From an uncultured delta proteobacterium (GTDB lineage: Bacteria; Desulfobacterota; Binatia; DP-6): a stretch of 64,000 bases of DNA. The notes under the pieces are model-generated. The model was not told the DNA's origin. It worked only from the letters and a program-made list of their open reading frames with translations, and did no database searches. A program made the position numbers and the translations under genes. Of the stretch, positions 39,178 through 49,544 are shown in pieces (position 1 is the stretch's first letter; each line of letters begins with the position of its first letter). The stretch covers positions 800,001-864,000 of the forward strand of contig CAWFFN010000007.1 of assembly GCA_963815115.1 (NCBI GenBank), written 5' to 3'.

Positions 39178-39193
39178 TGGCATATGAGTTGCT
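39178..39193 (+). promoter_or_regulatory. sigma54 (-24/-12) promoter upstream of the sensor kinase
   Basis: TGGCATATGAGTTGCT matches TGGCA(C/T)-N5-TTGC(A/T), with exact GG-N10-GC spacing. Confidence 0.72.
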
Positions 39194-39227
39194 GACCAGC
39201 CTCGCCTAGTCGACCCCCGTGTATTCG

Positions 39228-40988
39228 ATGCAAGCTCTCGCCATTCCGCGCGCTTCCCAATCTCGAAGGCCGGCCCCTCTCGAGGCCTTCTCGCGCACCG
39301 AGAAGATCATCGCATTCTGCCGCGTGCTGCTCGCGATGGGGACCTGGGCCGTGGTCGTGGTCGATCCGAAGCAGCCGTCGTTTCACCCCGAGATCGGCCA
39401 TGCGGTCCTCGGGTCGTATCTCGTGTTCAGCCTCGCGCTCCTCTTCGTCGTTCGAGGCGAGTACGTCCGCCAGGACCGCATCGGATACTTCTCGACCGTC
39501 GCCGACATCGTCTGGGTCTCGGTGATCACGCTCTTCACCGAGCGCGGGCCGAGCCCGTTCTTCCTGCTGCACGTCTTCGTGATCTCGAGCGTGAGCGTAC
39601 GCTGGGGGCTGGCGGCGGCCGTGCCGGTGACGGTGATCCTCGCGCTGCTCTATCCGCTGACCATCTTCCTCGCGAGCCGGGTCACCGACAGCGAGGATCT
39701 CGCCTTCCATCGCGCGCATCTCTTCCGCCCGCTCTATCTCCTCGCGGCCGGCTATCTGATCGGCTACCTCGGCGAGCACGAGCGGCGCTCGAAACGCAAG
39801 CTGGGCTTCATGCTCGACCTGGTGGCCCCCGTCCGCCGCAGCCGCAGCCCGGGCCGAGCCATCACCCGGCTCGCGCGCCGGGCCATGCAGTTCTTCGGTG
39901 CCGGTCGCGGCGCACTGGTGCTGCGCGATCCCGACAGCGGGCGCTACTTCACGTGGGAGATCACGCGAACGGGTGGCAAGGTCCGGGTCGGTCTGCGCAT
40001 CACCGAGGACGATCCGTGTCCCCTGCCCTTCGCCGAGGCGACCGAGGGCTTTCTCGCCAACGACCTGCGCCCCGGACGGTCGACCGCGCTGTGCTACGAC
40101 GTCCGCTCCGGCACGATCGTGCGTCGCGCCATCACCGGCCAGCTCAAGCCGCCGCTGGCGTCCGCCCAGGCGCTGCTCGTCGCTCCCGTGCTGATCCAGC
40201 ACGAGCTGCGCGGCCGCGCCATCGTGATCCGCGACTCGCGGCGCAAGTTCACGCGCGACGACCTGGAGTTCCTGCTCGTGCTGGTCGGGCAGGCGGCCGC
40301 CAGCCTGGAGACGGTCCGCCTCCAGGCGAAGGCCGAGGAGGTGGCGGTGCTCGAGGAACGGGCGCGCATCGCCCGCGACCTGCACGATGGCTTCATCCAG
40401 GCACTCGCGGGGATCGACCTGCGGGTCGAGGCGGCGAAGCTGCTGCTCCGCCGCGATCCCGCCCGCGTCCCGAAGGCGCTCGAGGATCTGCACGTCGCGG
40501 TCGACAGTGGCTATCGCGAGGTCCGTCATTACCTGACGGTGCTCAGGCAGGCCAGCCGCCAGGACTCCGATCTGGGCTCGACGCTCGACCGCCTGGCGGC
40601 CGAATTCGCCATCCGCGAGCGCCTGAAGGTCCACATGGCGCGGCCGCAAGCCGATCCGGGGCTGCCGGTCTCGACGGCGTACGAGCTGACCCAGATCGTA
40701 CGCGAGGCACTGCACAACGCCGTGCGCCACGGGCGGGCGACCCAGGCCGTGGTCAAGCTCGGCGCACGGCCGTCACACGTCTACCTCGTCATCCGGGACA
40801 ACGGCCGGGGATTCCCGAACGGCCACGGCTCCATCGACGGCGACGGCTTCTTGAAGCCGGCCAAGGCGCCGTGGTCGATCCGCGAGCGAACCGCGGCACT
40901 GGGCGGATCGCTGCGGGTGTGGAGCAAGCCAGGGCATGGCTCCGAGGTCTCGTTGCTGATCCCCGTGGCCGGTGCACCGCACCGGTAG
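39228..40988 (+). CDS. Membrane sensor histidine kinase (HisKA_3/NarX-type) with GAF-like domain
   Basis: About 5 TM helices, EERARIARDLHD H-box, EALHNAVRH and DNGRGF. Alternative GTG at 39219. Confidence 0.9.
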   Translation: MQALAIPRASQSRRPAPLEAFSRTEKIIAFCRVLLAMGTWAVVVVDPKQPSFHPEIGHAVLGSYLVFSLALLFVVRGEYVRQDRIGYFSTVADIVWVSVITLFTERGPSPFFLLHVFVISSVSVRWGLAAAVPVTVILALLYPLTIFLASRVTDSEDLAFHRAHLFRPLYLLAAGYLIGYLGEHERRSKRKLGFMLDLVAPVRRSRSPGRAITRLARRAMQFFGAGRGALVLRDPDSGRYFTWEITRTGGKVRVGLRITEDDPCPLPFAEATEGFLANDLRPGRSTALCYDVRSGTIVRRAITGQLKPPLASAQALLVAPVLIQHELRGRAIVIRDSRRKFTRDDLEFLLVLVGQAAASLETVRLQAKAEEVAVLEERARIARDLHDGFIQALAGIDLRVEAAKLLLRRDPARVPKALEDLHVAVDSGYREVRHYLTVLRQASRQDSDLGSTLDRLAAEFAIRERLKVHMARPQADPGLPVSTAYELTQIVREALHNAVRHGRATQAVVKLGARPSHVYLVIRDNGRGFPNGHGSIDGDGFLKPAKAPWSIRERTAALGGSLRVWSKPGHGSEVSLLIPVAGAPHR

Positions 40989-41009
40989 ATCCTCGTGGGA
41001 GGGTTTCAG

Positions 41010-41684
41010 ATGAGCGTGGCACCGCGCAAGCGCCGTATCGTGATCGTGGACGACCACACGCTGTTCCGTGAGGGGCTGCGCACGATCCTCGAGACCGAGG
41101 ACGACATCGAGGTCGTCGCGGACGCCGAGAGCGCCGAGGACATCGTCGAGCTGGTGTGGCAAACGCGGCCCGACGTCCTCCTCCTGGACATCCGCATGCC
41201 GCAGGGCAGCGGACTCGACGCCGTCCCCGCGGTCCTGAAGATCAGCCCCAACACCCACGTCCTCGTCCTCACCGCCTGCGACGAGAAGGAGGAGCACGTC
41301 CGGGCCTTCCGGCTCGGGGCCAAGGGAGTGATCCTGAAGGACTCGGCCCGCCAGACGCTCATGCAGGCGATTCGCACCGTCTGCCAGGGCGAGGTCTGGA
41401 TGGACCCCCGCATGAGCGGCGCACTGGCGGAGGAGCTGTCGCACATCGGCACCGAGGGCGACCCGATCTCGACCCGCCAGGAGAACGGCCTCACCGAGCG
41501 CGAGCTCGAGATCGTCCGCCTGGTCGCGTCCGGGTACAAGAACAAGGAGGTGGGCGCGACGCTCGCGATCAGCGAGCGCACGGTCAAGACCCATCTCACC
41601 AACATCTTCCAGAAGCTCGGCGTCCGGGATCGTGTCGGTCTCGTCATGTACGCGCTCCGCCACAACCTCACGGCCGCCGCCTAG
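41010..41684 (+). CDS. NarL/LuxR-family response regulator
   Basis: VDDH, LLDIRMP and LTERELEI..NKEVG..TVKTH motifs; GGAGG RBS. Confidence 0.95.
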   Translation: MSVAPRKRRIVIVDDHTLFREGLRTILETEDDIEVVADAESAEDIVELVWQTRPDVLLLDIRMPQGSGLDAVPAVLKISPNTHVLVLTACDEKEEHVRAFRLGAKGVILKDSARQTLMQAIRTVCQGEVWMDPRMSGALAEELSHIGTEGDPISTRQENGLTERELEIVRLVASGYKNKEVGATLAISERTVKTHLTNIFQKLGVRDRVGLVMYALRHNLTAAA

Positions 41685-44062
41685 GGGCACCGGCAGCCCG
41701 GGCGCACGGTCGTCACCTCGAGCCGCTGGCCGTCGCTCAGCACGGTCACCGCACCGCAGCGATCGGTGCGGAGGACGCAGACGCCCTGCGCACGGTAGCG
41801 TGCCTCCACCTCGGGGGCCGGCAGGCCGTAGCGGTTGTCCGCGCCGACGGAGATCACCGCGACGCGCGGCCGGACGGCGGCCACGAAGCCCGGCGTGCTC
41901 GAGCTGCGGCTGCCGTGGTGGGGGACCTTGAGCACGGCGGCCGGCAGCTCGCCCGCCGCCGAGTCCACCAGGCTCCTCTCCGCCTCGACCTCGACGTCCC
42001 CGGTGAGCAACACGCTCGTCGCCCCGTACGTCAGGCGGAGCGTGAGCGAGGTCTCGTTGAGCGCCGGGATTCTCCAGTCCGCCGGCGGATGCAGCACGGC
42101 CACGCGGCCGGCGAACGCCGGTACCCCGGCACCCCGGTGCAGCTCGCGCACCGGCACGCCGGTCGACACGAGCGCGCCGACGAGGCGCCCCCACTCCCTG
42201 CCGCGACCCGGCCAGCCGGTCCACCAGAACTCGCGCGGGTGCAGACGCGTCAGCAGGTGCGGCAGGCCGCCCGAGTGGTCCGGGTGCGCGTGCGTCATCA
42301 CGAGCGCATCCACGGTGCGGATCTTTCGCGTCGCGAGATAGGGCGCCACGATCGCCGCGCCCGTATCGAACCCGCTCCCGGCGAAGCCCCCCGCGTCGAC
42401 GACCAGCACGCGGCCGTCGGGCAGCTCCGCGACCGCCGCGTCACCCTGGCCGACGTCCAGGAAGACCACGCGGAGCACGCCCGGAGCCCAGCGCTCGCGC
42501 ACCCAGAGCCCGACGTCGACCAGCAGCGCGAAGCTCGCGGCGAGCGCGAGCCGCCGGGCGGCCCGCCCCCACGGCAGGATGGCGGCCACCAGGAGGAGGT
42601 ACACGAGCGCCAGCTCGCCGGTGCTCGGACGCGACACGTCGAGCGACGCCCAGGACGGCTGCCCCAGCCGCTCGACGAGGGCCACGCCGGGCCGCAACAG
42701 GAGGCCGGCGACGCGGAACAGCGCCGCCGCACCGTGGGGGCTGACCGGCTCGATGCAGGCGCCACCGAGCCCGAGCACCACGACCGCGGAGCCGAAGAGC
42801 GGGATGACCAGCGGGTTGGCGAGCAGGCCCATCACCGAGACCTGCTGGAAGTGCCGGGCAGTGAGCGGGGCGGTGCCGACCAGCGCCGAGGTGGCGACCA
42901 CCAGCGCAGTGCGCAGGCGCCCGCTCCAGCTCTTCGCGGCGGCGTGCGCCCACCGTCGGGTCCCGAGGACGATCGCCAGCACCGACACGAAGGAGAGCTG
43001 GAAGGCGATCTCGCGCGGTGCCCCCGGCCAGACGAGTGCGATGACGACCGCGGCCAGCGCGAGCGTCCTGAGCACGTCCACACGGCGGCCGCAGAGGACT
43101 GCACCGACCCCGAGCGCCACCATGAGCGCAGAGCGCAGGGTGGCGACCTCCAGGCCGGCGAGCGCGCTGTAGACGGTCACGGGGCCGAGGCTGCCCAGCG
43201 CGGCAACGCGGCGCACGTCGAGCGCGAGGAGCAGCCGCTGGCTGCGACCGACGAGCCAGCGGACCAGCGCAAAGCTCGCGAGCGCGACCAGACCGATGTG
43301 GGTCCCGGACACCGACAGCACGTGCACGACGCCGGCGCGGGTGAACGCCGATCGCAACCGGTCATCGATGCCGCTCTCGTCGCCCAGCACCAGGGCGCGC
43401 AGGACGGCGGCGTGCGGCGCCGGCACGGCGCGCGCGATGGCGCGGCCGAGGCGTGCGCGCCAGCGATTCAGCCGCATCATGACGTCCCGCGTCCGGTGCG
43501 GGACACGCTGGAGACGCCCCGGTCCCCAGATCGAGCCCACCACCCGGACGCCGCGGCGAGCGAGGTAGCCGGCGACGTCGAAGCTTCCGGGGTTGGCAAA
43601 GCCGCGGGGAGAGCGCAGCGTGGTCTCCGCACGGACCCCGTCGCCCACCCGCAGCTTCGGAAGCCGGCCGCCGACGGTCAGGCGCACCCGACCCGTCGCC
43701 CGACCGCGGCCGGCGCCGACCCCGACCGCGGTCACGCGGAGCACGATGAGCGTGCGACCTCCGCGGCCACCGCGCAGCTCCTCGATCTCGCCCTCGACGG
43801 CCGTTCGCAGCGGCAGCCCGAGGGCGGCCACGTCGGGCGCCGGCGAGGCGGCCCCGTCGATCGCCCGCACGCGCAGCGCCCCCACGCTGGCCGCGAGCAG
43901 GCCGAGCGCCAGCCACGCGAGCGGCCGGCCGCGTGGCAATCGCGACGCCGCGAGAACCGCCGCGCCGGTCACCGCGAGCCATGGCGCAGCCGGACCGAGC
44001 GGAACCAGCTGGGCGCCGACAACGCCCGCCGCCGTCACCCACAGCCCCGCCCGCACGTCCAC
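41681..44062 (-). CDS. comEC: DNA internalization competence protein ComEC/Rec2
   Basis: NPGSFD, HVLSVSGTH, FQLSF, FLDVGQGDA, THAHPDH, KVPHHGS and RTDRCGAV motifs. Confidence 0.95.
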   Translation of the reverse strand: MDVRAGLWVTAAGVVGAQLVPLGPAAPWLAVTGAAVLAASRLPRGRPLAWLALGLLAASVGALRVRAIDGAASPAPDVAALGLPLRTAVEGEIEELRGGRGGRTLIVLRVTAVGVGAGRGRATGRVRLTVGGRLPKLRVGDGVRAETTLRSPRGFANPGSFDVAGYLARRGVRVVGSIWGPGRLQRVPHRTRDVMMRLNRWRARLGRAIARAVPAPHAAVLRALVLGDESGIDDRLRSAFTRAGVVHVLSVSGTHIGLVALASFALVRWLVGRSQRLLLALDVRRVAALGSLGPVTVYSALAGLEVATLRSALMVALGVGAVLCGRRVDVLRTLALAAVVIALVWPGAPREIAFQLSFVSVLAIVLGTRRWAHAAAKSWSGRLRTALVVATSALVGTAPLTARHFQQVSVMGLLANPLVIPLFGSAVVVLGLGGACIEPVSPHGAAALFRVAGLLLRPGVALVERLGQPSWASLDVSRPSTGELALVYLLLVAAILPWGRAARRLALAASFALLVDVGLWVRERWAPGVLRVVFLDVGQGDAAVAELPDGRVLVVDAGGFAGSGFDTGAAIVAPYLATRKIRTVDALVMTHAHPDHSGGLPHLLTRLHPREFWWTGWPGRGREWGRLVGALVSTGVPVRELHRGAGVPAFAGRVAVLHPPADWRIPALNETSLTLRLTYGATSVLLTGDVEVEAERSLVDSAAGELPAAVLKVPHHGSRSSSTPGFVAAVRPRVAVISVGADNRYGLPAPEVEARYRAQGVCVLRTDRCGAVTVLSDGQRLEVTTVRPGCRCP

Positions 44063-44098
44063 CGTGCTCCTCTCCGGGCGGGCTGTCGAACGATCGCG

Positions 44099-45976
44099 TC
44101 AGGCCGTCGCGAGCTGCTCCTTGATGCGGCCCGCGAGCGCCGTGGAGATGCCGGGAACCTGCACCAGCTCGTCGAGCGACGCCTCGCGTACCCGGCGCAT
44201 GCTGCCGAAGTGCCGCAGGAGCGCTCGCCGGCGTCCGGGCCCTACCCCCTCGACGGAGTCCAGCACCGAGATGAACCGCGCGCGGCGCCGCAGGTTGCGG
44301 TGGTAGGTATTGGCGAAGCGGTGCGCCTCGTCCCGGACACGCTGGAGGAGAAACAACGCCGTCGAGTTGGATCGCAGGATCACCGGGTTCTTCCGTCCCG
44401 GCAGGAAGATGCGCTCGGGACGCCGCTGGATCTCGCGGGCGAGCGCATCCCGGGCCACCCGCTCCTTCGCCAGCCCGATCACCGGCAGCGTCTCGAGACC
44501 GAGCCGCTCCAGCACGGCTCGCGCCGCGCCGAGCTGCCCCAGGCCGCCGTCGATCACCAGGAGGTCCGGCGGCTCGACCCGACGCGGGCTCTCCCGGAAG
44601 CGCCGCTCGAGCACCTCGGCGATCGACGCGAAGTCGTCGGTACCCTCGACGGAGCGAATGCGGAACCGGCGGTAGCCGTCCTTCCACGGCCGCCCGTCGA
44701 CGAATGCCACCACCGCCCCCACCGTCTCGCCGCCCTGGAACGTCGCGACGTCGACGCACTCGACCCGCCGCGGCGGCACGCGCAGCCCGAGACGGCGCTG
44801 CAGCTCGACGACCTGCCGTGCGCCGTCCGCGGCCGCATCCCGGCGCTCGGCGAAGCTCTGCCGCGCATTGGCCTGCGCCATCTCGACCAGGCGGAGCTTG
44901 TCCCCGCGCTGCGGCACCACGATGGCCACCTTGCGGCCGCGGCGTTCGGAGAGGTACTCGGTCCGCACCGGCGCGTCGGAGATCGCGACCGGCAGGAGAA
45001 TCTCGTCCGGCACGTCGCGGGCGGCTGCCTGGTAGAACTGCGTGAGCACCGCCTCGAGCACCTCCGCGTCGGGCAGCTCCCAGTCGTCGAACGCATAGGC
45101 CTGGTTCGAGACCAGCTTCCCGTCGCGCACGAAGAGGACCTGGACCTCGATGGCGCCGCCCTCGCGGTAGAGACCGAAGACGTCCTGATCGGCGCCCCAG
45201 TGCGCCACCACCTGCTGGCGCTGCTGGGTCTTCTCGATCGCCTGGATCTGGTCGCGCAGGCGCCCCGCTTCCTCGAAGCGTTCCGCCGCGGCCGCGGCTT
45301 CCATCCGCGCCCGCAGCGTCGTCGCGACCTCGCGGCTGCGACCCTCGAGCAGGAGCATCGCCTGCCGCAGGTGTTCCTGGTAGGCGCCCCGATCGACGGG
45401 CAGCACGCACGGTCCGAGGCAGCGCTTGATGTCGTATTCGATGCAGGGGCGGCTGCGATTGCGGAAGACGGCGTCGCTGCACGTCCGCAGCGGGAAGATC
45501 TTCCGGATGGTATCGAGCGTCTCGCGCACGGCGGAGGCGCTGTGGAACGGTCCGAAGTAGCGGCTGCCGTCCTTGACGATCCGGCGGGTCACCAGGACCC
45601 GCGGCCACGGCTCCTGGATCGTGACCTTCACGCTGACGTAGCTCTTGTCGTCCTTCAGCCGGATGTTGTAGCGCGGGTGGTACTGCTTGATCAGGTTGTT
45701 CTCGAGGATGAGCGCTTCCTTCTCGGTCGCCGTCACCAGGGTCTCGAAGTCGGCGAGCTTGCCCACCAGGAAGCGTACCTGGCTGCGCTCGTCGCCTCCC
45801 CGCAGGTACGAGCGCACCCGCGCCCGCAGGCTCACCGCCTTGCCGACGTAGATCACCTTGGCCTGCGCGTCCTTGAGCAGGTACACGCCCGGGCCGTTCG
45901 GCACCGCCGCCAGACGCTCGTCGAGCGTCGGAGCGGCCCGCTCCGGTCGGGTTGGAACTCCGTCCTCGCTGGACAC
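44099..45976 (-). CDS. uvrC: Excinuclease ABC subunit C
   Basis: PGVY..IYVGKA, LENNLIK..PRYN, IDGGLGQL, RDEAHRFA and HhH motifs. Confidence 0.97.
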   Translation of the reverse strand: MSSEDGVPTRPERAAPTLDERLAAVPNGPGVYLLKDAQAKVIYVGKAVSLRARVRSYLRGGDERSQVRFLVGKLADFETLVTATEKEALILENNLIKQYHPRYNIRLKDDKSYVSVKVTIQEPWPRVLVTRRIVKDGSRYFGPFHSASAVRETLDTIRKIFPLRTCSDAVFRNRSRPCIEYDIKRCLGPCVLPVDRGAYQEHLRQAMLLLEGRSREVATTLRARMEAAAAAERFEEAGRLRDQIQAIEKTQQRQQVVAHWGADQDVFGLYREGGAIEVQVLFVRDGKLVSNQAYAFDDWELPDAEVLEAVLTQFYQAAARDVPDEILLPVAISDAPVRTEYLSERRGRKVAIVVPQRGDKLRLVEMAQANARQSFAERRDAAADGARQVVELQRRLGLRVPPRRVECVDVATFQGGETVGAVVAFVDGRPWKDGYRRFRIRSVEGTDDFASIAEVLERRFRESPRRVEPPDLLVIDGGLGQLGAARAVLERLGLETLPVIGLAKERVARDALAREIQRRPERIFLPGRKNPVILRSNSTALFLLQRVRDEAHRFANTYHRNLRRRARFISVLDSVEGVGPGRRRALLRHFGSMRRVREASLDELVQVPGISTALAGRIKEQLATA

Positions 45977-46038
45977 GCGGCTCCTATCTTATCGGGACCG
46001 GGGCGGGAGCGGGAGCGTGCGGCCGGCGGCGTGCCGAG

Positions 46039-48069
46039 TCAAGCCGGCTCGCCGTCGGGGAGCTGCACCCCGAGCAGCCGCTCCTCGAGTCCGCGGATCT
46101 CGTCGCGCAGCGACGCGGCGCGCTCGAACTCGAGCTGCCGCGCCGCCTCGCGCATCTCGCCGCGCAGCGCGGCGATGCGCTTGGCGATCGCCGCGGGATC
46201 GGCCGGGGCGTCCGCCGCCAGCCCCCCGCCGTCGACGGCGACGGTCACGTAGTCGCCCTCGCACGCCACCACCAGCGGATCGCTGATCGCCTTGCGGATC
46301 GTCTGCGGCGTGATGCCGTGCTCGGTGTTGTACTCGCGCTGCGCGTCGCGCCGGCGACTCGTCTCGCCGATGGCTTTCCGCATCGATTCGGTCACGGAGT
46401 CGGCATACATGAGCACGGTCCCGCGCGCGTTCCGCGCCGCCCGTCCGATGGTCTGGATGAGCGACCGCTCGGAGCGGAGATAGCCCTCCTTGTCGGCGTC
46501 GAGGATGGCGACCAGCGAGACCTCGGGCAGATCGAGCCCCTCGCGAAGCAGGTTGATGCCGACGAGGACGTCGAAGGTGCCCTTGCGCAGCTCGCGGATG
46601 ATCTCGCTGCGCTCGATGGTATCGATATCGGCGTGGATGTAGCGCACCCGGATGCCGATGTCCTGGAGGTAGTCGGTCAGGTCCTCGGCCATCTTCTTGG
46701 TCAGGGTCGTCACCAGCACGCGTTCGGCCGCCGTCACGCGCGAGCGGATCTCTCCCACCAGGTCGTCGACCTGGTGGCGCGCCGGCCGCACGATCACCTC
46801 CGGATCCATCAACCCCGTCGGCCGGATGAGCTGCTCCACCACCCTGCTCTTCGCCATGCGGACCTCCCAGTCTCCCGGGGTGGCCGAGACGTAGAGCGCT
46901 TGCGGCACGTGGCCCAGGAACTCCTCGAAGTTCAGCGGCCGGTTGTCGAGGGCCGACGGCAGGCGGAAGCCGAACTCGACGAGCGTCTCCTTGCGCGACC
47001 GGTCGCCGCGGTACATGCCGCCGATCTGGGGCACGGTCACGTGGCTCTCGTCGATGACGAGGATGAAGTCCTTCGGGAAGTAGTCGAGCAGCGTGTACGG
47101 GGGCTGACCCGGCTCGCGGCCGTCGAGGTGGCGCGAGTAGTTCTCGATCCCCGGACAGAACCCCATCTCGGCGAGCAGCTCGAGGTCGTACAGGGTGCGC
47201 TGCTCGAGCCGCTGCGCCTCGAGCAGCTTGCGCGCGTCGCGCAGCTCGGCGAGGCGCTCCTTCAGCTCGACGCGGATGCCGTCGACGGCCTTCTTGAGCG
47301 TCGGCGCGGTGGCGACGTAGTGGCTGGCCGGGTAGACCGCCACCCGCTCGACCCGCCGCAGCACCTTGCCGCGCAGGGGATCGATCTCGGCGATCGACTC
47401 GACGGTGTCGCCGAACAGCTCGACCCGGATCGCACGCCCTTCCTCGTATGCCGGGTAGATCTCGACGACGTCGCCGCGCACCCGGAACGTGCCGCGGTGG
47501 AAGTCGTAGTCGTTGCGCTGGTACTGCATGTCGACGAGCTTGCGCAGGAGCACGTCGCGCTCCACGGTGTCTTCGTGCTCGAGGACGACCAGCATGTCGA
47601 AGTACGACGCCGGCGAGCCGAGGCCGTAGATGCAGGACACGCTCGCCACCACCAGGACGTCGTTGCGCTCGAGCAGCGCCTTGGTGGCCGCATGGCGCAT
47701 CTTGTCGATCTCGTCGTTGATCGAGGCGTCCTTGGCGATGTAGGTGTCGGTCGAGGGGACGTACGCCTCGGGCTGGTAGTAGTCGTAGTAGCTCACGAAG
47801 TACCGCACGGCGTTGTCGGGGAAGAAGGTGCGGAACTCGTGGAAGAGCTGGGCGGCGAGGGTCTTGTTGGGCGCGATGACGAGGGTCGGCATGTTCACCT
47901 GCGCCACGACCTGCGAGACCGTGAAGGTCTTGCCGCTTCCCGTCACGCCGAGCAGGACCTGGTGGCGCTCGCCCGCGCGCAGCCCCTCGGCCAGGGCCGC
48001 GATGGCCTGGGGCTGATCTCCCTGCGGGACAAAGTCGGCGCGGAGCCGGAACGATCCGTCGCGGCGCAT
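46039..48069 (-). CDS. uvrB: Excinuclease ABC subunit B
   Basis: [46 protein letters not shown] and UVR domain. TTGAGC-16-TATCAT lies 8 nt before the ATG. Confidence 0.98.
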   Translation of the reverse strand: MRRDGSFRLRADFVPQGDQPQAIAALAEGLRAGERHQVLLGVTGSGKTFTVSQVVAQVNMPTLVIAPNKTLAAQLFHEFRTFFPDNAVRYFVSYYDYYQPEAYVPSTDTYIAKDASINDEIDKMRHAATKALLERNDVLVVASVSCIYGLGSPASYFDMLVVLEHEDTVERDVLLRKLVDMQYQRNDYDFHRGTFRVRGDVVEIYPAYEEGRAIRVELFGDTVESIAEIDPLRGKVLRRVERVAVYPASHYVATAPTLKKAVDGIRVELKERLAELRDARKLLEAQRLEQRTLYDLELLAEMGFCPGIENYSRHLDGREPGQPPYTLLDYFPKDFILVIDESHVTVPQIGGMYRGDRSRKETLVEFGFRLPSALDNRPLNFEEFLGHVPQALYVSATPGDWEVRMAKSRVVEQLIRPTGLMDPEVIVRPARHQVDDLVGEIRSRVTAAERVLVTTLTKKMAEDLTDYLQDIGIRVRYIHADIDTIERSEIIRELRKGTFDVLVGINLLREGLDLPEVSLVAILDADKEGYLRSERSLIQTIGRAARNARGTVLMYADSVTESMRKAIGETSRRRDAQREYNTEHGITPQTIRKAISDPLVVACEGDYVTVAVDGGGLAADAPADPAAIAKRIAALRGEMREAARQLEFERAASLRDEIRGLEERLLGVQLPDGEPA

Positions 48070-48166
48070 GGTGCGCGATGATACCAGCGCTGGGAGATCG
48101 CTCAACGCGTTGCGCGCCAGCGTGCCGTGTGGTTCACGGGCGAGATTCCGGCTTGAGGAGGGACTC

Positions 48167-48532
48167 ATGCGGCGATTCGTGACCTGCTTCGTAGCGGCGC
48201 TCTGCCTCGTCCTCGCGGCGCACGCGCTTCCGGCCCATGCCGAGGACATGAGCTTCACCGTGGTCAACGTGGAGTTCGAGGGTACCAAGATATGGGTTCC
48301 CGGAACGCTGGTCGTCCGCAAGGGCACAAAGGTGAAGCTCAAGCTCATCAACAACGTGCCGGCCGACCCCAATCAGCACGGCTTCGCCATCCCGGCCTAC
48401 AACATCGCCGAGGTCGTCACCCGTGGCGAGCCGAAGCAGCTCGAGTTCACCGCCGACAAGGAAGGCGTGTTTCCGATCATCTGCCAGCTTCACCCTGCGC
48501 ACGTCGGGGGCGAGCTGGTCGTCTTGCCCTGA
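48167..48532 (+). CDS. Periplasmic cupredoxin, nitrosocyanin-like
   Basis: GAGGAGG RBS, signal peptide ending [17 protein letters not shown] and [19 protein letters not shown]. Confidence 0.85.
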   Translation: MRRFVTCFVAALCLVLAAHALPAHAEDMSFTVVNVEFEGTKIWVPGTLVVRKGTKVKLKLINNVPADPNQHGFAIPAYNIAEVVTRGEPKQLEFTADKEGVFPIICQLHPAHVGGELVVLP

Positions 48533-48597
48533 GGCTGGTCGGGGGGTGAGGCGCGCTCCGGCGACCTCGCCCGTTCCTCGCCGGTCCGAGCCGCAGC

Positions 48598-48909
48598 TCA
48601 GTGCTTGCCAGATCGCCAGCGCCGGTACTGCTCGTTGAACTGCTGGCGCTGGCTGGGATTCTGGTTGCGGTAGGCGTCGTAGTTCTGGCGCAAGCGCTTC
48701 TGCTCCTCGGGGGGCATCCCCTGGAAGCGCTGGAAGCTGTTCTCGAGCGAGTTGCGCCGCTGCTGGGGCATCTGCTGGTACCGCCGGTAGTTGTCCCAGG
48801 CCCGCTGCTGCTCCTCGGGAGAGAGCTGCTGCCAGTCACGCACGAACCGCTGCGCGTCGCTGGGCGCGGCCGTCGCCATGAGCAGCATCACGGCGATGAA
48901 GCCCCTCAT
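48598..48909 (-). CDS. DUF3106-like secreted helical-repeat protein
   Basis: Signal peptide and WQQLSPEEQQR / FQGMPPEEQKR repeats; third gene of the ECF operon. Confidence 0.8.
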   Translation of the reverse strand: MRGFIAVMLLMATAAPSDAQRFVRDWQQLSPEEQQRAWDNYRRYQQMPQQRRNSLENSFQRFQGMPPEEQKRLRQNYDAYRNQNPSQRQQFNEQYRRWRSGKH

Positions 48910-49520
48910 CCGCTCGAATGCCCTCCGTTGCCGCCATCCACGGAGATGGTCTGGATGGCCTCGTAGTGCTGGAGCTTGTCGAGGTTGCGCAGGAGCGGCA
49001 GGTTGACGAACAGATCGGGTCGTGCCGTCAGCTCCGGCGGCGGCTCCCCGGGCAGCACGCGGGCGGCACGGCGCCGCTCGCGGGACGGCGGCGCGACAGT
49101 CGGCGCCGGTGTGCCGGCACGCTCCGCGATCCGCTGCGGCGCCGCGGTCAGCGCGCCCCCGGGTGCCACCGGGGCGGACACCGGACCGCTGTCCCGGAGC
49201 GACAGCCGGGCGGCGACCACCAGGATCGCCGTCGCGGCGAGTGCCGGAACCGCGATGCCGAGCCAGCGCCCGCGACGTTCCGGTGCCTCCGCGCCGTCGG
49301 CGAGACGCACCCGGCGCAGCGTGACCTGCTCGAGCCGCGCCGGAAGCGCAGCTTCGAGAGGGAGCGTGCCGAGCGCTCGATCGAGCGCGGCGTAGGCCTC
49401 CCATTCGCGCCGGCACGCCGAGCAGCGCTCCAGGTGCTGCCCGAGCCGGTCGGGCCGGCGTCCCGAGAGCTCACCCGCCAGGGCGACCGTCATCCATCGT
49501 TCAGCGCGTCGGCATCGCAT
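48906..49520 (-). CDS. Zinc-binding (zf-HC2) membrane anti-sigma factor
   Basis: HLERCSAC (HxxxCxxC), a single TM helix; directly after the ECF sigma. Confidence 0.85.
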   Translation of the reverse strand: MRCRRAERWMTVALAGELSGRRPDRLGQHLERCSACRREWEAYAALDRALGTLPLEAALPARLEQVTLRRVRLADGAEAPERRGRWLGIAVPALAATAILVVAARLSLRDSGPVSAPVAPGGALTAAPQRIAERAGTPAPTVAPPSRERRRAARVLPGEPPPELTARPDLFVNLPLLRNLDKLQHYEAIQTISVDGGNGGHSSG

Positions 49521-49544
49521 GAGAAACCATTCCTCCTCAATCGA

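Noticed and set aside
41156-46252. 1698-aa plus-strand ORF, and similar giants such as 32645..36772, 7996..10797 and the upstream part of 56093..59131
   Set aside because: Antisense or off-frame shadows of real genes (comEC/uvrC, lon, waaA/msbA, the peptidase). High GC suppresses stops, and the products are Arg/Ala/Pro-rich with no motifs.
45977-48166. LexA/SOS boxes upstream of uvrB or uvrC
   Set aside because: No recognisable palindrome seen, and this lineage's box is unknown to me.
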